Source: Patescibacteria group bacterium
Lineage (GTDB): Bacteria; Patescibacteriota; Minisyncoccia; UBA6257; 2-01-FULL-56-20
Direction of reading: 5' to 3'
Assembly (NCBI GenBank): GCA_018971305.1
Contig: JAGXBC010000001.1
Location: 31,408 to 95,407 of the forward strand
DNA: 64,000 bases
Part shown: positions 8,956 through 18,353 of the stretch, one piece after another
How positions within the stretch are numbered: the stretch's first letter is position 1
How the letters are laid out: each line of letters opens with the position of its first letter
The notes under the pieces: generated by a model
Seen by the model: only the letters and a program-made list of their open reading frames with translations
Database searches by the model: none
Told to the model about the DNA's origin: nothing
Position numbers and translations under genes: made by a program

Positions 8956-9339
8956 TTATTTGAGGTCAACTTTTCTCTTACCGCTGCCAGCCGTCTTTCT
9001 CACATTGCCGCGAACGGTACGGGAATTCGTTTTAGTGCGTTGACCGCGCACTGGCAGACGCCTCAAATGCCTGGTCCCCCGATAGGTCTTAAGATCTTTT
9101 AATCTTTGAATATTGCGCTTGATCAATTGCCTCAATTCTCCTTCTAGGCGATAATTTTTTTCCACAAACCCGTTGATTCTGGCTATTTCTTCTGCGGTTA
9201 GGGTGTTAGTCCTTTTACTAATGTCAATTTTGGCAGCTGTTAAAATTTTTCGGCTGGTTGATCTGCCAATACCAAAAATATAAGTAAGCGATACTTCTAC
9301 TCTCTTATTATCAGGAATGTTTACACCTAGCATTCTCAT
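8956..9339 (-). CDS. rpsM: 30S ribosomal protein S13
   Basis: MRMLGVNIPDNKRVEVSLTYIFGIGRSTSRKIL...KDLKTYRGTRH, typical of S13. Confidence 0.9.
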   Translation of the reverse strand: MRMLGVNIPDNKRVEVSLTYIFGIGRSTSRKILTAAKIDISKRTNTLTAEEIARINGFVEKNYRLEGELRQLIKRNIQRLKDLKTYRGTRHLRRLPVRGQRTKTNSRTVRGNVRKTAGSGKRKVDLK

Positions 9340-9360
9340 AATCGTAAATAAATATTATTT

Positions 9361-9474
9361 TTATCCTTGTTTTTGTTTGTGCTTCGGATTATTACAAACA
9401 ATATAAAGCCGGCCCTTACGCTTAACGACCTGGCAATTTTTACATATCTTTTTTATTGAACTTCTGACTTTCAT
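9361..9474 (-). CDS. rpmJ: 50S ribosomal protein L36
   Basis: Unlisted small ORF read by hand: [37 protein letters not shown] (37 aa), lying between rpsM and infA as expected. Confidence 0.8.
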   Translation of the reverse strand: MKVRSSIKKICKNCQVVKRKGRLYIVCNNPKHKQKQG

Positions 9475-9494
9475 TTTTTATTTGAGAAATATTA

Positions 9495-9704
9495 TCACAA
9501 TCGGCGCACTATCCTTCCCCTTCTGCCATCCGGACCCATTTCCACAAGAACGCGGTCTCCGGGAAGAACCCTGATGTTATGAATCTTCATCTTGCCTGCT
9601 AAATGAGCCAAAACTTCCCCATCGGGTTTGTTTTTAAGCCCGATTCTGAAAGTAAGGCCTGGCAAGGCTTCCTTAACTATTCCTTCTTCGGATGCAACCC
9701 TCAT
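9495..9704 (-). CDS. infA: Translation initiation factor IF-1
   Basis: [63 protein letters not shown], an S1-like fold typical of IF-1. Confidence 0.9.
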   Translation of the reverse strand: MRVASEEGIVKEALPGLTFRIGLKNKPDGEVLAHLAGKMKIHNIRVLPGDRVLVEMGPDGRRGRIVRRL

Positions 9705-9809
9705 TTACTGAAGTATTTCTGATTCATAACTACCTGTTTAAAAGCGGTAATGTAGGTTATTGGTTCTATGGGATTATAGACGATGATCATCATTCTTGTC
9801 AATAAAGGC

Positions 9810-11468
9810 TCAGTTCACTAAAACCTTTATTTTATTAGCGGCGGAAGGCATATTTTTCAGCCATACAGGCCACAAAGAAATTTTAGCATTCACCAAGTGC
9901 GGCAGACCGGTAATAAGCTTTTGAGCATCATCCACGCTCTTACCCAATATTTGCGCCACAAAATCATCGGCGGAGAAATCCGGCTTCAACGTTCCTTTTG
10001 CCGTCAGGTCAAACGACTCGCTACCTTTAATTAAATCAACTTGTACTTTTCCATATGTGAGATCTAGGGAGTCAAACACCATTCCCGGATTGTCCTTTTG
10101 CGCTAAAGCCGTCAGCACGGACTTCAAATCGGATTCCTTAAAGCCGACCGTCTTCATATTGGCTTCGCCGAAAACATTAAAAGTGCCGCTGGCGTTGGCG
10201 ATAGCATCGGCACTTAATTTTGTAATGGTAATAGACGATGCTCCTTCCAATATTTTAAAATCAGCGGGGTAAGAGGAGAGGAAGCTGCTGTTTAACCTGG
10301 TTGTTAAAAGATCCGACACTCTTGCCTTAGACTTACTTATATCCCCTGCAGTAGGAACCGCGCTGAATCCGACAAACCCTCCGCTTGTGGGAATTTTTAT
10401 TCCCCCATAAAACCCGGCGTAGCGCGGCGTACCCTGAAAACCGGGAATAGTAAGCTTGGCAATCGGTCCGACGTTGTAGCTGACACCGGCTTTATCAGCA
10501 ATGATATTCGCATCAATGCTTGATGGGGTAATCTGACCATTTTTGATTACGGCTCCCGGAACAATAACTTGGTTAATTATTCTAAATATTTTTCCATCGG
10601 GAGTCGCAAAACGGGTAGTGGCCACAAGAGTTTGCGGAGCGGAGCTGTAGGCATTGTAAATAGTAATTTTCCCCGTTGCCTTCTCGGAAACCGTGCTGGA
10701 ACCAGAAGCTGGAAATGGCTGGACCATATTGGTCTGCGGGGTAAAGAATTCCGCCGGCAAAATATTGTTATCGGCATTTATTTTTGCAACAGCGGAATCC
10801 GCTGTAAATTGATGTTCATAAGACCAAGGCGTCCTCCGAAAATTTATCTGGATGGTTGCCCTGTTCAAGAATCTTCCCGTAACAAAAAACCCTGCGATTA
10901 CAAGAACCACAACGCCAATCACAAGCAAAGCCCTCTTTCCTCCAAGTTTAGGCAGGCGCAAGCGAGGCAGAGACATCCACTCTCTTGCTTTGGATTCCTG
11001 GGCCCGCTCTTTCCTTCCTACCCTAGCTTCCAAAATAACCTCTTCCTCCTCTTCTTCGCCTTCCGTTATGCTTGGTTTGAAATTATAACTAACTGGTTTT
11101 TCTTCCGCACGGCGATTAGGTTCCTTTTTTGACTTCCTGGATAATTGTTCCGGTCTGTTTTTTTTATCGCCAGCTATGCTAAGCGGCACAATATCTGAAA
11201 GTGCCGAACCCTTCCTGTCTAAAAGCGGATGAACCGCCTCCAAGTCGCTCGACTGCGCAAGCGCCAAAACGCTTTCATCAACGGATTCAATAGTCACGGT
11301 TTTACCGGCAGATTCGGCCTCTCTTTTTATAAGATGGAAGTTGCTCACCGAACCTCCCAAGGCAGCGTTTTTGGGAACAACTAAAGTTACGCTGTCTTCC
11401 TCGCTGCCGATGATCTTTTCAACTATTTCGGCAACGCCTTCGCTTTTATCTATAAAAAGTTTTTCCAT
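9810..11468 (-). CDS. Hypothetical membrane-anchored protein (552 aa from MEKLF; acidic N-domain, one TM helix, large extracytoplasmic domain)
   Basis: Start trimmed to the internal ATG that avoids overlap with the upstream gene. EEEEEE acidic stretch, then TM LLVIGVVVLVIAGFFV, then a Gly/Thr/Ser-rich domain. Confidence 0.5.
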   Translation of the reverse strand: MEKLFIDKSEGVAEIVEKIIGSEEDSVTLVVPKNAALGGSVSNFHLIKREAESAGKTVTIESVDESVLALAQSSDLEAVHPLLDRKGSALSDIVPLSIAGDKKNRPEQLSRKSKKEPNRRAEEKPVSYNFKPSITEGEEEEEEVILEARVGRKERAQESKAREWMSLPRLRLPKLGGKRALLVIGVVVLVIAGFFVTGRFLNRATIQINFRRTPWSYEHQFTADSAVAKINADNNILPAEFFTPQTNMVQPFPASGSSTVSEKATGKITIYNAYSSAPQTLVATTRFATPDGKIFRIINQVIVPGAVIKNGQITPSSIDANIIADKAGVSYNVGPIAKLTIPGFQGTPRYAGFYGGIKIPTSGGFVGFSAVPTAGDISKSKARVSDLLTTRLNSSFLSSYPADFKILEGASSITITKLSADAIANASGTFNVFGEANMKTVGFKESDLKSVLTALAQKDNPGMVFDSLDLTYGKVQVDLIKGSESFDLTAKGTLKPDFSADDFVAQILGKSVDDAQKLITGLPHLVNAKISLWPVWLKNMPSAANKIKVLVN

Positions 11469-11493
11469 ATACCAAATTATATCACGGAGCTTT

Positions 11494-12633
11494 TTATTGC
11501 ACCAACCAATGTATCCTCCTGCGCAGATGGTGGTTAATTTCCGAATCGCGCTTGTCGTAGTAGAACTCAAAAAATGGTGCCAGGCGCATAAAAATTTCGT
11601 TGGGCGGCATGGGCCAGTCGGCAAAATCCAATCCAAAACCGAATTTATCAAAGGCCTCCCTCGCCGGCAGATCATGGAGCGTAAATCGCCCGTAATTCAG
11701 AGGCGTATCTATCGGCAAAGGCAATAAAGAATGGAAAAACGTCTGTCCCTTGAGCCTGGATGACTTTAGACCGTTTAAGAAATTACTGACTTCCGGCTTC
11801 AATATTCTGTCCATAAATTTCTTAAAGCTTTCGGAAATATCTCCCGAAAGATACTTTCTGTAAATTAATTCCGCTGACTCCTGCCCAACATGGAAAGCCG
11901 AAATAATGCTGTCTATTAAAGAATTATGCCGCCAGTCAAATTTTTCTTCGTAAACAACATTTCCCCAGGCGGATTTCTCCAGAGAAAAACAGGATACTCC
12001 TCCGGAGCCGATTATAGCTAAATTCACAGGCGGCTGCTGAATTTTGGCAAGAGAAAAAAGCCCAGCCCGGGCTTCGGATGTAAAGAAAAATCCATCTCCG
12101 GAACCGAAGAAGTATTTTAGATAATCAAAAACAGGGCGGGCGGTAAAAGTAAGCCGCATCACGGCGCCGACTACCTTACCCGGGAAAGAAAGCGGGTTCA
12201 CGACATAGTGCCCGTCTATTTTAAAATTATCCACTTCGGCATTAACGAGTACGGTATCAAGTTCGTGCAGTCCTAAACGCCTCGCCGCCTCGGCCCTTTC
12301 CGGTCCGAATCCTTTGCCGATGGCCTGCGACAAGAGATTATCCAATTCGACCATATTCAGCTGTTTCGTGTGGTCGTCCGGCGCACGTTTCATTTCTATC
12401 GGATAAGAAACCGCCACCGCCAAAGAGGGGTCAGCCGAAACTATCATATTTCTTTTCCTTAATTTAGTTATTTTGGAATTGTGCCAGGTCTCCAAAGGAA
12501 ATTCTGCCCAAATTTTTTCCAGAGTAAGGTTCTTGTCTTTATCTAAACCCAAAAGCAAACCCCTTGTCTTCTGCGGAGCAATATCAATCAGAAGATATTT
12601 TTCTTTTGGGCGCCAGAACTTTAGGTCAATCAC
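11494..12633 (-). CDS. Hypothetical protein (379 aa)
   Basis: Long ORF tightly packed between alaS and the 552-aa gene; no firm motif (weak resemblance to actin-like ATPase N-termini, not relied on). Confidence 0.5.
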   Translation of the reverse strand: MIDLKFWRPKEKYLLIDIAPQKTRGLLLGLDKDKNLTLEKIWAEFPLETWHNSKITKLRKRNMIVSADPSLAVAVSYPIEMKRAPDDHTKQLNMVELDNLLSQAIGKGFGPERAEAARRLGLHELDTVLVNAEVDNFKIDGHYVVNPLSFPGKVVGAVMRLTFTARPVFDYLKYFFGSGDGFFFTSEARAGLFSLAKIQQPPVNLAIIGSGGVSCFSLEKSAWGNVVYEEKFDWRHNSLIDSIISAFHVGQESAELIYRKYLSGDISESFKKFMDRILKPEVSNFLNGLKSSRLKGQTFFHSLLPLPIDTPLNYGRFTLHDLPAREAFDKFGFGLDFADWPMPPNEIFMRLAPFFEFYYDKRDSEINHHLRRRIHWLVQ

Positions 12634-12675
12634 TTATTTTTATTGTAGCACAGGGCGAATATCCGAGTTCTCGCC

Positions 12676-14595
12676 TCATTCCACAACACCCTTGATCCGC
12701 CGCACTCCTGCCCCAACTGCTTCTTCTTTAGAAATTCTGAATTTACCGATTTGGCCCGTATGCGTAACGTGCGGACCGCCGCAAAATTCTATGGAAAATG
12801 CTTTTTCAAATTGCGGGTTCTCCTGCGTGGCTGATTTTGGACCAATGGAATAAACAGAAACGCGGTCCGGATATTTCTGACCGAACTCGTGCTCGGCACC
12901 AAGTTTTTCCGCTTCATCTTTGGCTATTTCGCTACGTATAACAGGCAAATCTTCGGCAATTTTTTCGTTAACAATGCGCTCTGTTTCTTTTTTCTGTCCG
13001 TCCGTCATTTTCGCGCCATAAGAAAAATCCATCCGCAGGCGCTCGCTCGTGATGTTGCTCCCCCGCTGTTTAACTTCTGGACCGAGCACTGTCTGCAGAG
13101 CTTTTAATAATAGGTGATGTGCCGTGTGAAGTCGTGTGGTTTTTTCCGAATGATCGGCCAGTCCGCCTTTAAACGTGCCGGTGGATGAGGTACGAGAAAG
13201 ATTTTGGTGTTTCTGAAATTTTTTCTTAAAACCATCGACATCAACTTTGGCACGTTCCATAGTTAGCTCCAAAGGAAATCCATATGTAGTAAACAGAATA
13301 AACGCCTGTTCGCCAGTAATCTCATGTTTGCCATTTTCAATTAAATACCTTTCAAGCACTTTCAAACCAGAATCGAGAGTCGTCAAAAACTGTTCCGCCT
13401 CGGCTACTATTGTATCCTTAATTACCGATTCTTTTTCTGGCAAATCTTTATAAAATTCGGCGTATTCCGAAAGATATCTTTGTGCAATTCTAAACATTAA
13501 TACGCCCACCGAGGAATTAAATTTCGATTGGGAATGCTGTCGCACTTCAAAAACGCTTTTTCTAATCAATCGGCGCAATAAATATCCACGCTCCTTGTTA
13601 CCTGGCTGCACTCCATCATTTATAAGAAATACGGCTGCGCGAATATGATCAGCGATAATACGCATCGCTTTTGCTTCTTTTGGGTAGGTCACTCCAAATA
13701 AAGATTGGATCTCATCAATTGCACCACGAAGCGCACTGATATTAAAAATATCCGGATCTTTATTCTCTGCCGCCGTAATTCTCTCTAAACCTCCACCGAA
13801 GTCGACATTACGCTGTTTCAATTTTTCGAACGTCCCGTCCTCCTTCTTTCTGTATTCCATAAAAACCGAGTTGCCGATCTCAAGGAAGCGGCCGCAGTCA
13901 CAGTTCGGGTGACACTCTTTACCGAACTTCTCGTCGTGCCGCGGGACACCCCGCTCATCCGCAGAACCGAAATCGTAAAACACTTCCGAGTCCGGTCCGC
14001 CCGGCTCACCCGTGGGCATCTTTAATGGTGTGCCTGCGCGGCTCCACCAGTTCTTCTTTACGTCATAGGAAAAAATTCTACCGCCCTGCATACCTTTCTC
14101 GCTCCCTTCTTTTTCTGATCCAAGTGCGACATACTTTGCTTCAATTTTTTTCTCATTAAAAAGTTCTTCCCAAATTTTTATCGATTCGTCATCCTGCGGA
14201 ATTTTGGTCTCTAGATCGCCGCCAAAAACAGTTACATATAAATTTTCGGGTTTTAATCCGATCTCGTCGGTCAAAAACTCGAAAAACCACGGCAGCTGTT
14301 CCTGTTTCCAATAGTCTCCGAAAGACCAATTACCAAGCATTTCGAAGAAAGTCGTGTGACGATTGTCTCCTATCTCATCAATATCTTCGGCGCGAAAACT
14401 TTTTTGCGAATTAGCGACACGTTTACCTAAAGGATGCGGCGTTCCCAAAAGATATGGCACTAATGGTTGCATGCCGCTTCCAGTAAAAAGCGTCGTTGGA
14501 TCGTTTTCTGGCACAAGCGAAGCGGAGGGAATGATGGCGTGCCCGCGCTTTTCAAAAAATTCCAGAAATTTTTGGCGTATTTCGGCGGAAGTCAT
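12676..14595 (-). CDS. alaS: Alanine--tRNA ligase, short form (639 aa, no C-terminal DHHA1-type domain)
   Basis: N-terminal class II AlaRS core (FLEFFEKRGHAIIPSASLVP..DPTTLFTGSGMQP...FEMLGNWSFGDYWK) and editing-domain HxxxH/CxxxH region (HTAHHLLLKALQTVLG...CGGPHV). Confidence 0.9.
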   Translation of the reverse strand: MTSAEIRQKFLEFFEKRGHAIIPSASLVPENDPTTLFTGSGMQPLVPYLLGTPHPLGKRVANSQKSFRAEDIDEIGDNRHTTFFEMLGNWSFGDYWKQEQLPWFFEFLTDEIGLKPENLYVTVFGGDLETKIPQDDESIKIWEELFNEKKIEAKYVALGSEKEGSEKGMQGGRIFSYDVKKNWWSRAGTPLKMPTGEPGGPDSEVFYDFGSADERGVPRHDEKFGKECHPNCDCGRFLEIGNSVFMEYRKKEDGTFEKLKQRNVDFGGGLERITAAENKDPDIFNISALRGAIDEIQSLFGVTYPKEAKAMRIIADHIRAAVFLINDGVQPGNKERGYLLRRLIRKSVFEVRQHSQSKFNSSVGVLMFRIAQRYLSEYAEFYKDLPEKESVIKDTIVAEAEQFLTTLDSGLKVLERYLIENGKHEITGEQAFILFTTYGFPLELTMERAKVDVDGFKKKFQKHQNLSRTSSTGTFKGGLADHSEKTTRLHTAHHLLLKALQTVLGPEVKQRGSNITSERLRMDFSYGAKMTDGQKKETERIVNEKIAEDLPVIRSEIAKDEAEKLGAEHEFGQKYPDRVSVYSIGPKSATQENPQFEKAFSIEFCGGPHVTHTGQIGKFRISKEEAVGAGVRRIKGVVE

Positions 14596-14695
14596 TACTC
14601 AATCATAAAAAATAAAGCCGCTTTTTACAATCCAAAAAATTTACCAGTAGTCTTTTGCCAGTATAAAAATCTGACGCCTCGGATGAGGCGTCATT

Positions 14696-15133
14696 TTAGC
14701 GCTTAAATAAACTATTCAGTTCTTCCGATGCTTCTCGTTCGAATTTATCAGCAAGGCGCCAGATTGCCCGATTTATCTTCCTCGTAAGTTTTCTATCTTC
14801 GTGAATCTTGTGCAGATCTCCCCAAGTAAATTGACCCAAAAAACTCGCACGCAGTCTATCGGCAAAATTTATTTTTAAACGCGGCTCTCCGATAAAAAAA
14901 TATGGATTGTTTGCATCTTCCTTATGGTCAGAAAATTTAAATCCCGAACTTCCGGATTCCGCGCGCGCATCGATCTTTGTGCCATCTTTCTTGCATTCTG
15001 CGTGAATGACGAACATACCAGAACCTATACCAAAACAAATTACCAATCTTTGTCCTGGTCTGAGTCTAAACTTTTTATTTCTAGTAAGTCGTTCTTTTCT
15101 CTTGCCTTTAGCCACGTTTCCTCCTTTAGCCAA
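14696..15133 (-). CDS. Hypothetical basic protein (145 aa)
   Basis: ORF between alaS and rpoD with a Lys/Arg-rich N-terminus; no recognised motif. Confidence 0.35.
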   Translation of the reverse strand: MAKGGNVAKGKRKERLTRNKKFRLRPGQRLVICFGIGSGMFVIHAECKKDGTKIDARAESGSSGFKFSDHKEDANNPYFFIGEPRLKINFADRLRASFLGQFTWGDLHKIHEDRKLTRKINRAIWRLADKFEREASEELNSLFKR

Positions 15134-15176
15134 TAAAAATAACTATGCTAACGATAACATGCGCAAGAAAAACTGG

Positions 15177-16409
15177 CTAAACCAAATTCTCAAATCCCTC
15201 CAGAGCGTTCGCTTTGCCGTGATCGCGGATTTTCTCCAGTGCCTTCGCTTCAATCTGCCTGATTCGTTCGCGCGTAACGCCGAAAGCCTTACCCACTTCT
15301 TCTAATGTGTGGTTCACGCCGTCTTCCAAGCCAAAACGCATTTTGAGAATTTTCTGTTCTCGCTCTGTAAGATCAACTAAAATTTCTTTTATTAAATCGC
15401 GTAAAAGCGCGTGCGCCGTTAATTGCTGGGGGGTGGAATTTCTCTCGTCGGGAATGAAATCCGACAAAGTGGAATCTTCTTCATCTCCTATTGGCGTTTC
15501 AATAGAGAGAACTTCCTGGGAAATTTTTTGAATATGTCGGACTTTATCAACCTCCAATCCCATCTCGGAAGCAATTTCTTCCGCCAACGGGTCGCGTCCC
15601 AGTTCCTGGATAAGCTGGCGGCGGGCCTGAGTGTATTTGGAAATCGTCTCTACCATGTGGACAGGAATACGGACCGTGCGTGACTGGTCGGCCAGAGCCC
15701 TGGTTATCGCCTGTCTAATCCACCAAGTAGCATAAGTGGAAAATTTGAAACCTTTCCTATAATCAAACTTCTCCACGGCGCGCGAAAGGCCGATGTTTCC
15801 CTCTTGGATCAAATCCAGAATACTCAAATTCGGCGTGCGGTTCACATAGCGCTTGGCGATGGAAACAACCAGACGCAGGTTGGCTTTCATTAATCTCTGG
15901 CGCGCGTCTTCGTCGCCTTTCTCGGCACGCTTCGCAAGCTCTCTTTCTTCCAGTTTAGTAAGAAGCGGCGTCTTGCCGATTTCCTTCAAGTACATTTGAA
16001 CAGCGTCGGGGACATCGCCTTCCATCATCAGGGCATCATCAAGCTCTTTCTGATTAAGCTCAGCCTTGGAAAAACCGATAAGTGCGCTCGTTTCTATAAC
16101 CTTAATTCCGGCTTTCTCCAGCCGGTCGTATATTTCGTCAAGCAAAGTAACGTTGTCCTCTATCTTTGGAAAAAGATAAAGTATCTCGTTGTCGGTCACA
16201 AAACCTCGCGGCCGGCCGCGGTCCAAAAGTTCGTTTATCGCTTCTTCGTTGGAGGCGGATATTTTTTTGGCCTTAACATCCTTCGCCGATGTCTTGGCGA
16301 GCTTTTTCCCATGCTCTACTGGCCGCCCCCTGCGCTTGAGAGCCGGCCTGCCTCGCCGAGCGTGTTTAGCGCCTGTTTTTTTTGTTTTTTTCTTCTTGGG
16401 TTTGGCCAT
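15177..16409 (-). CDS. rpoD: RNA polymerase sigma-70 factor
   Basis: Region 2 [40 protein letters not shown] and region 4 [15 protein letters not shown]...[24 protein letters not shown]. Start placed at MAKPKKKK. Confidence 0.85.
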   Translation of the reverse strand: MAKPKKKKTKKTGAKHARRGRPALKRRGRPVEHGKKLAKTSAKDVKAKKISASNEEAINELLDRGRPRGFVTDNEILYLFPKIEDNVTLLDEIYDRLEKAGIKVIETSALIGFSKAELNQKELDDALMMEGDVPDAVQMYLKEIGKTPLLTKLEERELAKRAEKGDEDARQRLMKANLRLVVSIAKRYVNRTPNLSILDLIQEGNIGLSRAVEKFDYRKGFKFSTYATWWIRQAITRALADQSRTVRIPVHMVETISKYTQARRQLIQELGRDPLAEEIASEMGLEVDKVRHIQKISQEVLSIETPIGDEEDSTLSDFIPDERNSTPQQLTAHALLRDLIKEILVDLTEREQKILKMRFGLEDGVNHTLEEVGKAFGVTRERIRQIEAKALEKIRDHGKANALEGFENLV

Positions 16410-16510
16410 TAGGTGATTGTTGGGAATTATAACAGGCAATGAGAATAAAATAAATAGCTGTTTTTTATTTTATACGATACAGCCCGGTTCGTGAGTGTAG
16501 CGACTATAGA

Positions 16511-18247
16511 CTACGACTCAAAAACTTGCAAGGGAATATTGTTCAGCTCTTCCAGCGCCGAACGCAGGCGCGCTTCGTTTCCTTCTTTCTCGGCGCTCTG
16601 CACGGCACGCGCAAGAAAGAGTTTTTTATCTTTATAATGTTCTTTAATAAGTTCATTCTTCAGCTTGGTGACTTCTTTATCCCCGGGATTCTCTGAACCG
16701 AGAATTATGAAATCTATAAGTTCGTCCAAGACGGGGTCTTCGCTCTTGCGCGAGCCGGTCTTCAGAATCTTGAAAATCTTGCCATGAACATCGGCGAAAT
16801 ACGGCGCACAATCCTCAACCAATGAAAAATCATTTTTGGCCACGGCCGCGCGCAACAGCCCCTCGCCTATAAGCTCGCGCCGCGAATATTTGTGCTGGCC
16901 AATCAACGACTTCTCGGCAGCTTCGCTGGCATCTTTAGAGAAATCCGTTTTAGGCAGACCTACTTTCTCGGACTCTTCCAGAAGTATTCTATCTTCTATA
17001 CCGCTTCTCTTTGATAATTCTTTCATCCAAAAAGCGCGCTCAATAGGGCTTGTTATGCTGTTCAGCTTGGTTAAAACAAAGCGGATGTTATTTAAAGTGC
17101 CACGGTCGGAATAATTAACGGAACCCGAAGACACCTCGGTCTTAGCAGGCAGATATTTGCCGAAATAAAACTCCGGTGCCGGAACGGCTTTGTTTATGGC
17201 GTTCATCAGCTTCTCCGCTCCAGCTTGTGCCGCTTCCGCCGGATCCTTAAAATCGGAGAAGGTCACAACCTTAACTCCGAAATCATTAGCTTCGGCAAGA
17301 TCTATAACCCGCTCGGAAGCTGCCGAACCGGCCGAATCGGAATCAAAACTGAGAATGATCTCGTCGGCTAAGCGGCGAAGAGAATGCAGGTGATCCAGGG
17401 TCAGAGCAGTACCCGATGTCGCCACAACATTTTTAACTCCTGCCTGCCAGCTCATCAGAAGGTCCATCTGGCCCTCAACTAAAAAGACATTGCCCGCTTC
17501 CCTGATAAAGTTTTTGCTTTTGTCCAATCCATAGAGCAGACGCGACTTCTGGAAAACTGGTGACTCCGGGCTATTCACGTATTTTCCGAAATCCGCGCTT
17601 TCAAATTGCGGCAAAACCCGCCCGGTGAATCCCACAACCTTTCCGACATGATTGTGAATCGGGAACATGATCCTTCCGCGGAATCTGTCTAAGAGCAATC
17701 CGCGTTCTGTTTTAAGAGCGAGTCCGGCACGCACTACGTCCTCTGGCGCATAACGCGAATTTAACAATTGCATCGTGAGCGCCTCCGCGGCATTAGGCGC
17801 CCAACCCAATTCAAATTCTTCTATTGTTTCTTTTTTTAGCCCGCGCTCAGCCAAATATTTTTTTGCCGGCTCTGAAGCTGTTAGAGATTTTTTAAAGAAT
17901 TCTTTTGCGGCATTATTAAGTTCATATAAAAGTCCGGTGTATTTGTGTTCCGCCGGGTCAAGCCGCCTCAGCTCCACTCCCGCTTTCTCTGCGAGTACAC
18001 GCAGAGCCTCGGAGAACTCCAGATTTTCGTAGCGCATCACGAAACCAAAAACATCTCCACCTAAACCGCAACCGAAACAATGCCACGACTGTCTGTCGGG
18101 CGAAATCATAAAAGAAGGGGTTTTCTCTTTATGGAACGGGCAGATGGCCTTGAAATTCTTTCCGGCTGGCTGGAGATTCAAATAACCACGGAGAAAATCA
18201 ACAATATCAAGCTTTTCTTTAATGGTTTCGGTAGTGGACGATGGCAT
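16511..18247 (-). CDS. dnaG: DNA primase
   Basis: Zinc-ribbon CPFHKEKTPSFMISPDRQSWHCFGCGLGGDVFGFV, then TOPRIM motifs (EGQMDLL...SFDSDSAG). Confidence 0.85.
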   Translation of the reverse strand: MPSSTTETIKEKLDIVDFLRGYLNLQPAGKNFKAICPFHKEKTPSFMISPDRQSWHCFGCGLGGDVFGFVMRYENLEFSEALRVLAEKAGVELRRLDPAEHKYTGLLYELNNAAKEFFKKSLTASEPAKKYLAERGLKKETIEEFELGWAPNAAEALTMQLLNSRYAPEDVVRAGLALKTERGLLLDRFRGRIMFPIHNHVGKVVGFTGRVLPQFESADFGKYVNSPESPVFQKSRLLYGLDKSKNFIREAGNVFLVEGQMDLLMSWQAGVKNVVATSGTALTLDHLHSLRRLADEIILSFDSDSAGSAASERVIDLAEANDFGVKVVTFSDFKDPAEAAQAGAEKLMNAINKAVPAPEFYFGKYLPAKTEVSSGSVNYSDRGTLNNIRFVLTKLNSITSPIERAFWMKELSKRSGIEDRILLEESEKVGLPKTDFSKDASEAAEKSLIGQHKYSRRELIGEGLLRAAVAKNDFSLVEDCAPYFADVHGKIFKILKTGSRKSEDPVLDELIDFIILGSENPGDKEVTKLKNELIKEHYKDKKLFLARAVQSAEKEGNEARLRSALEELNNIPLQVFES

Positions 18248-18353
18248 TTGTTTTGATTGTAATCCTAAAATCGGTTTTCGGGCAAGCAAAAATGTGCAGT
18301 TCTTGGGTACGAAAAATTATCAATAATTGTGGGGTAAATAGATAGGATAATCT

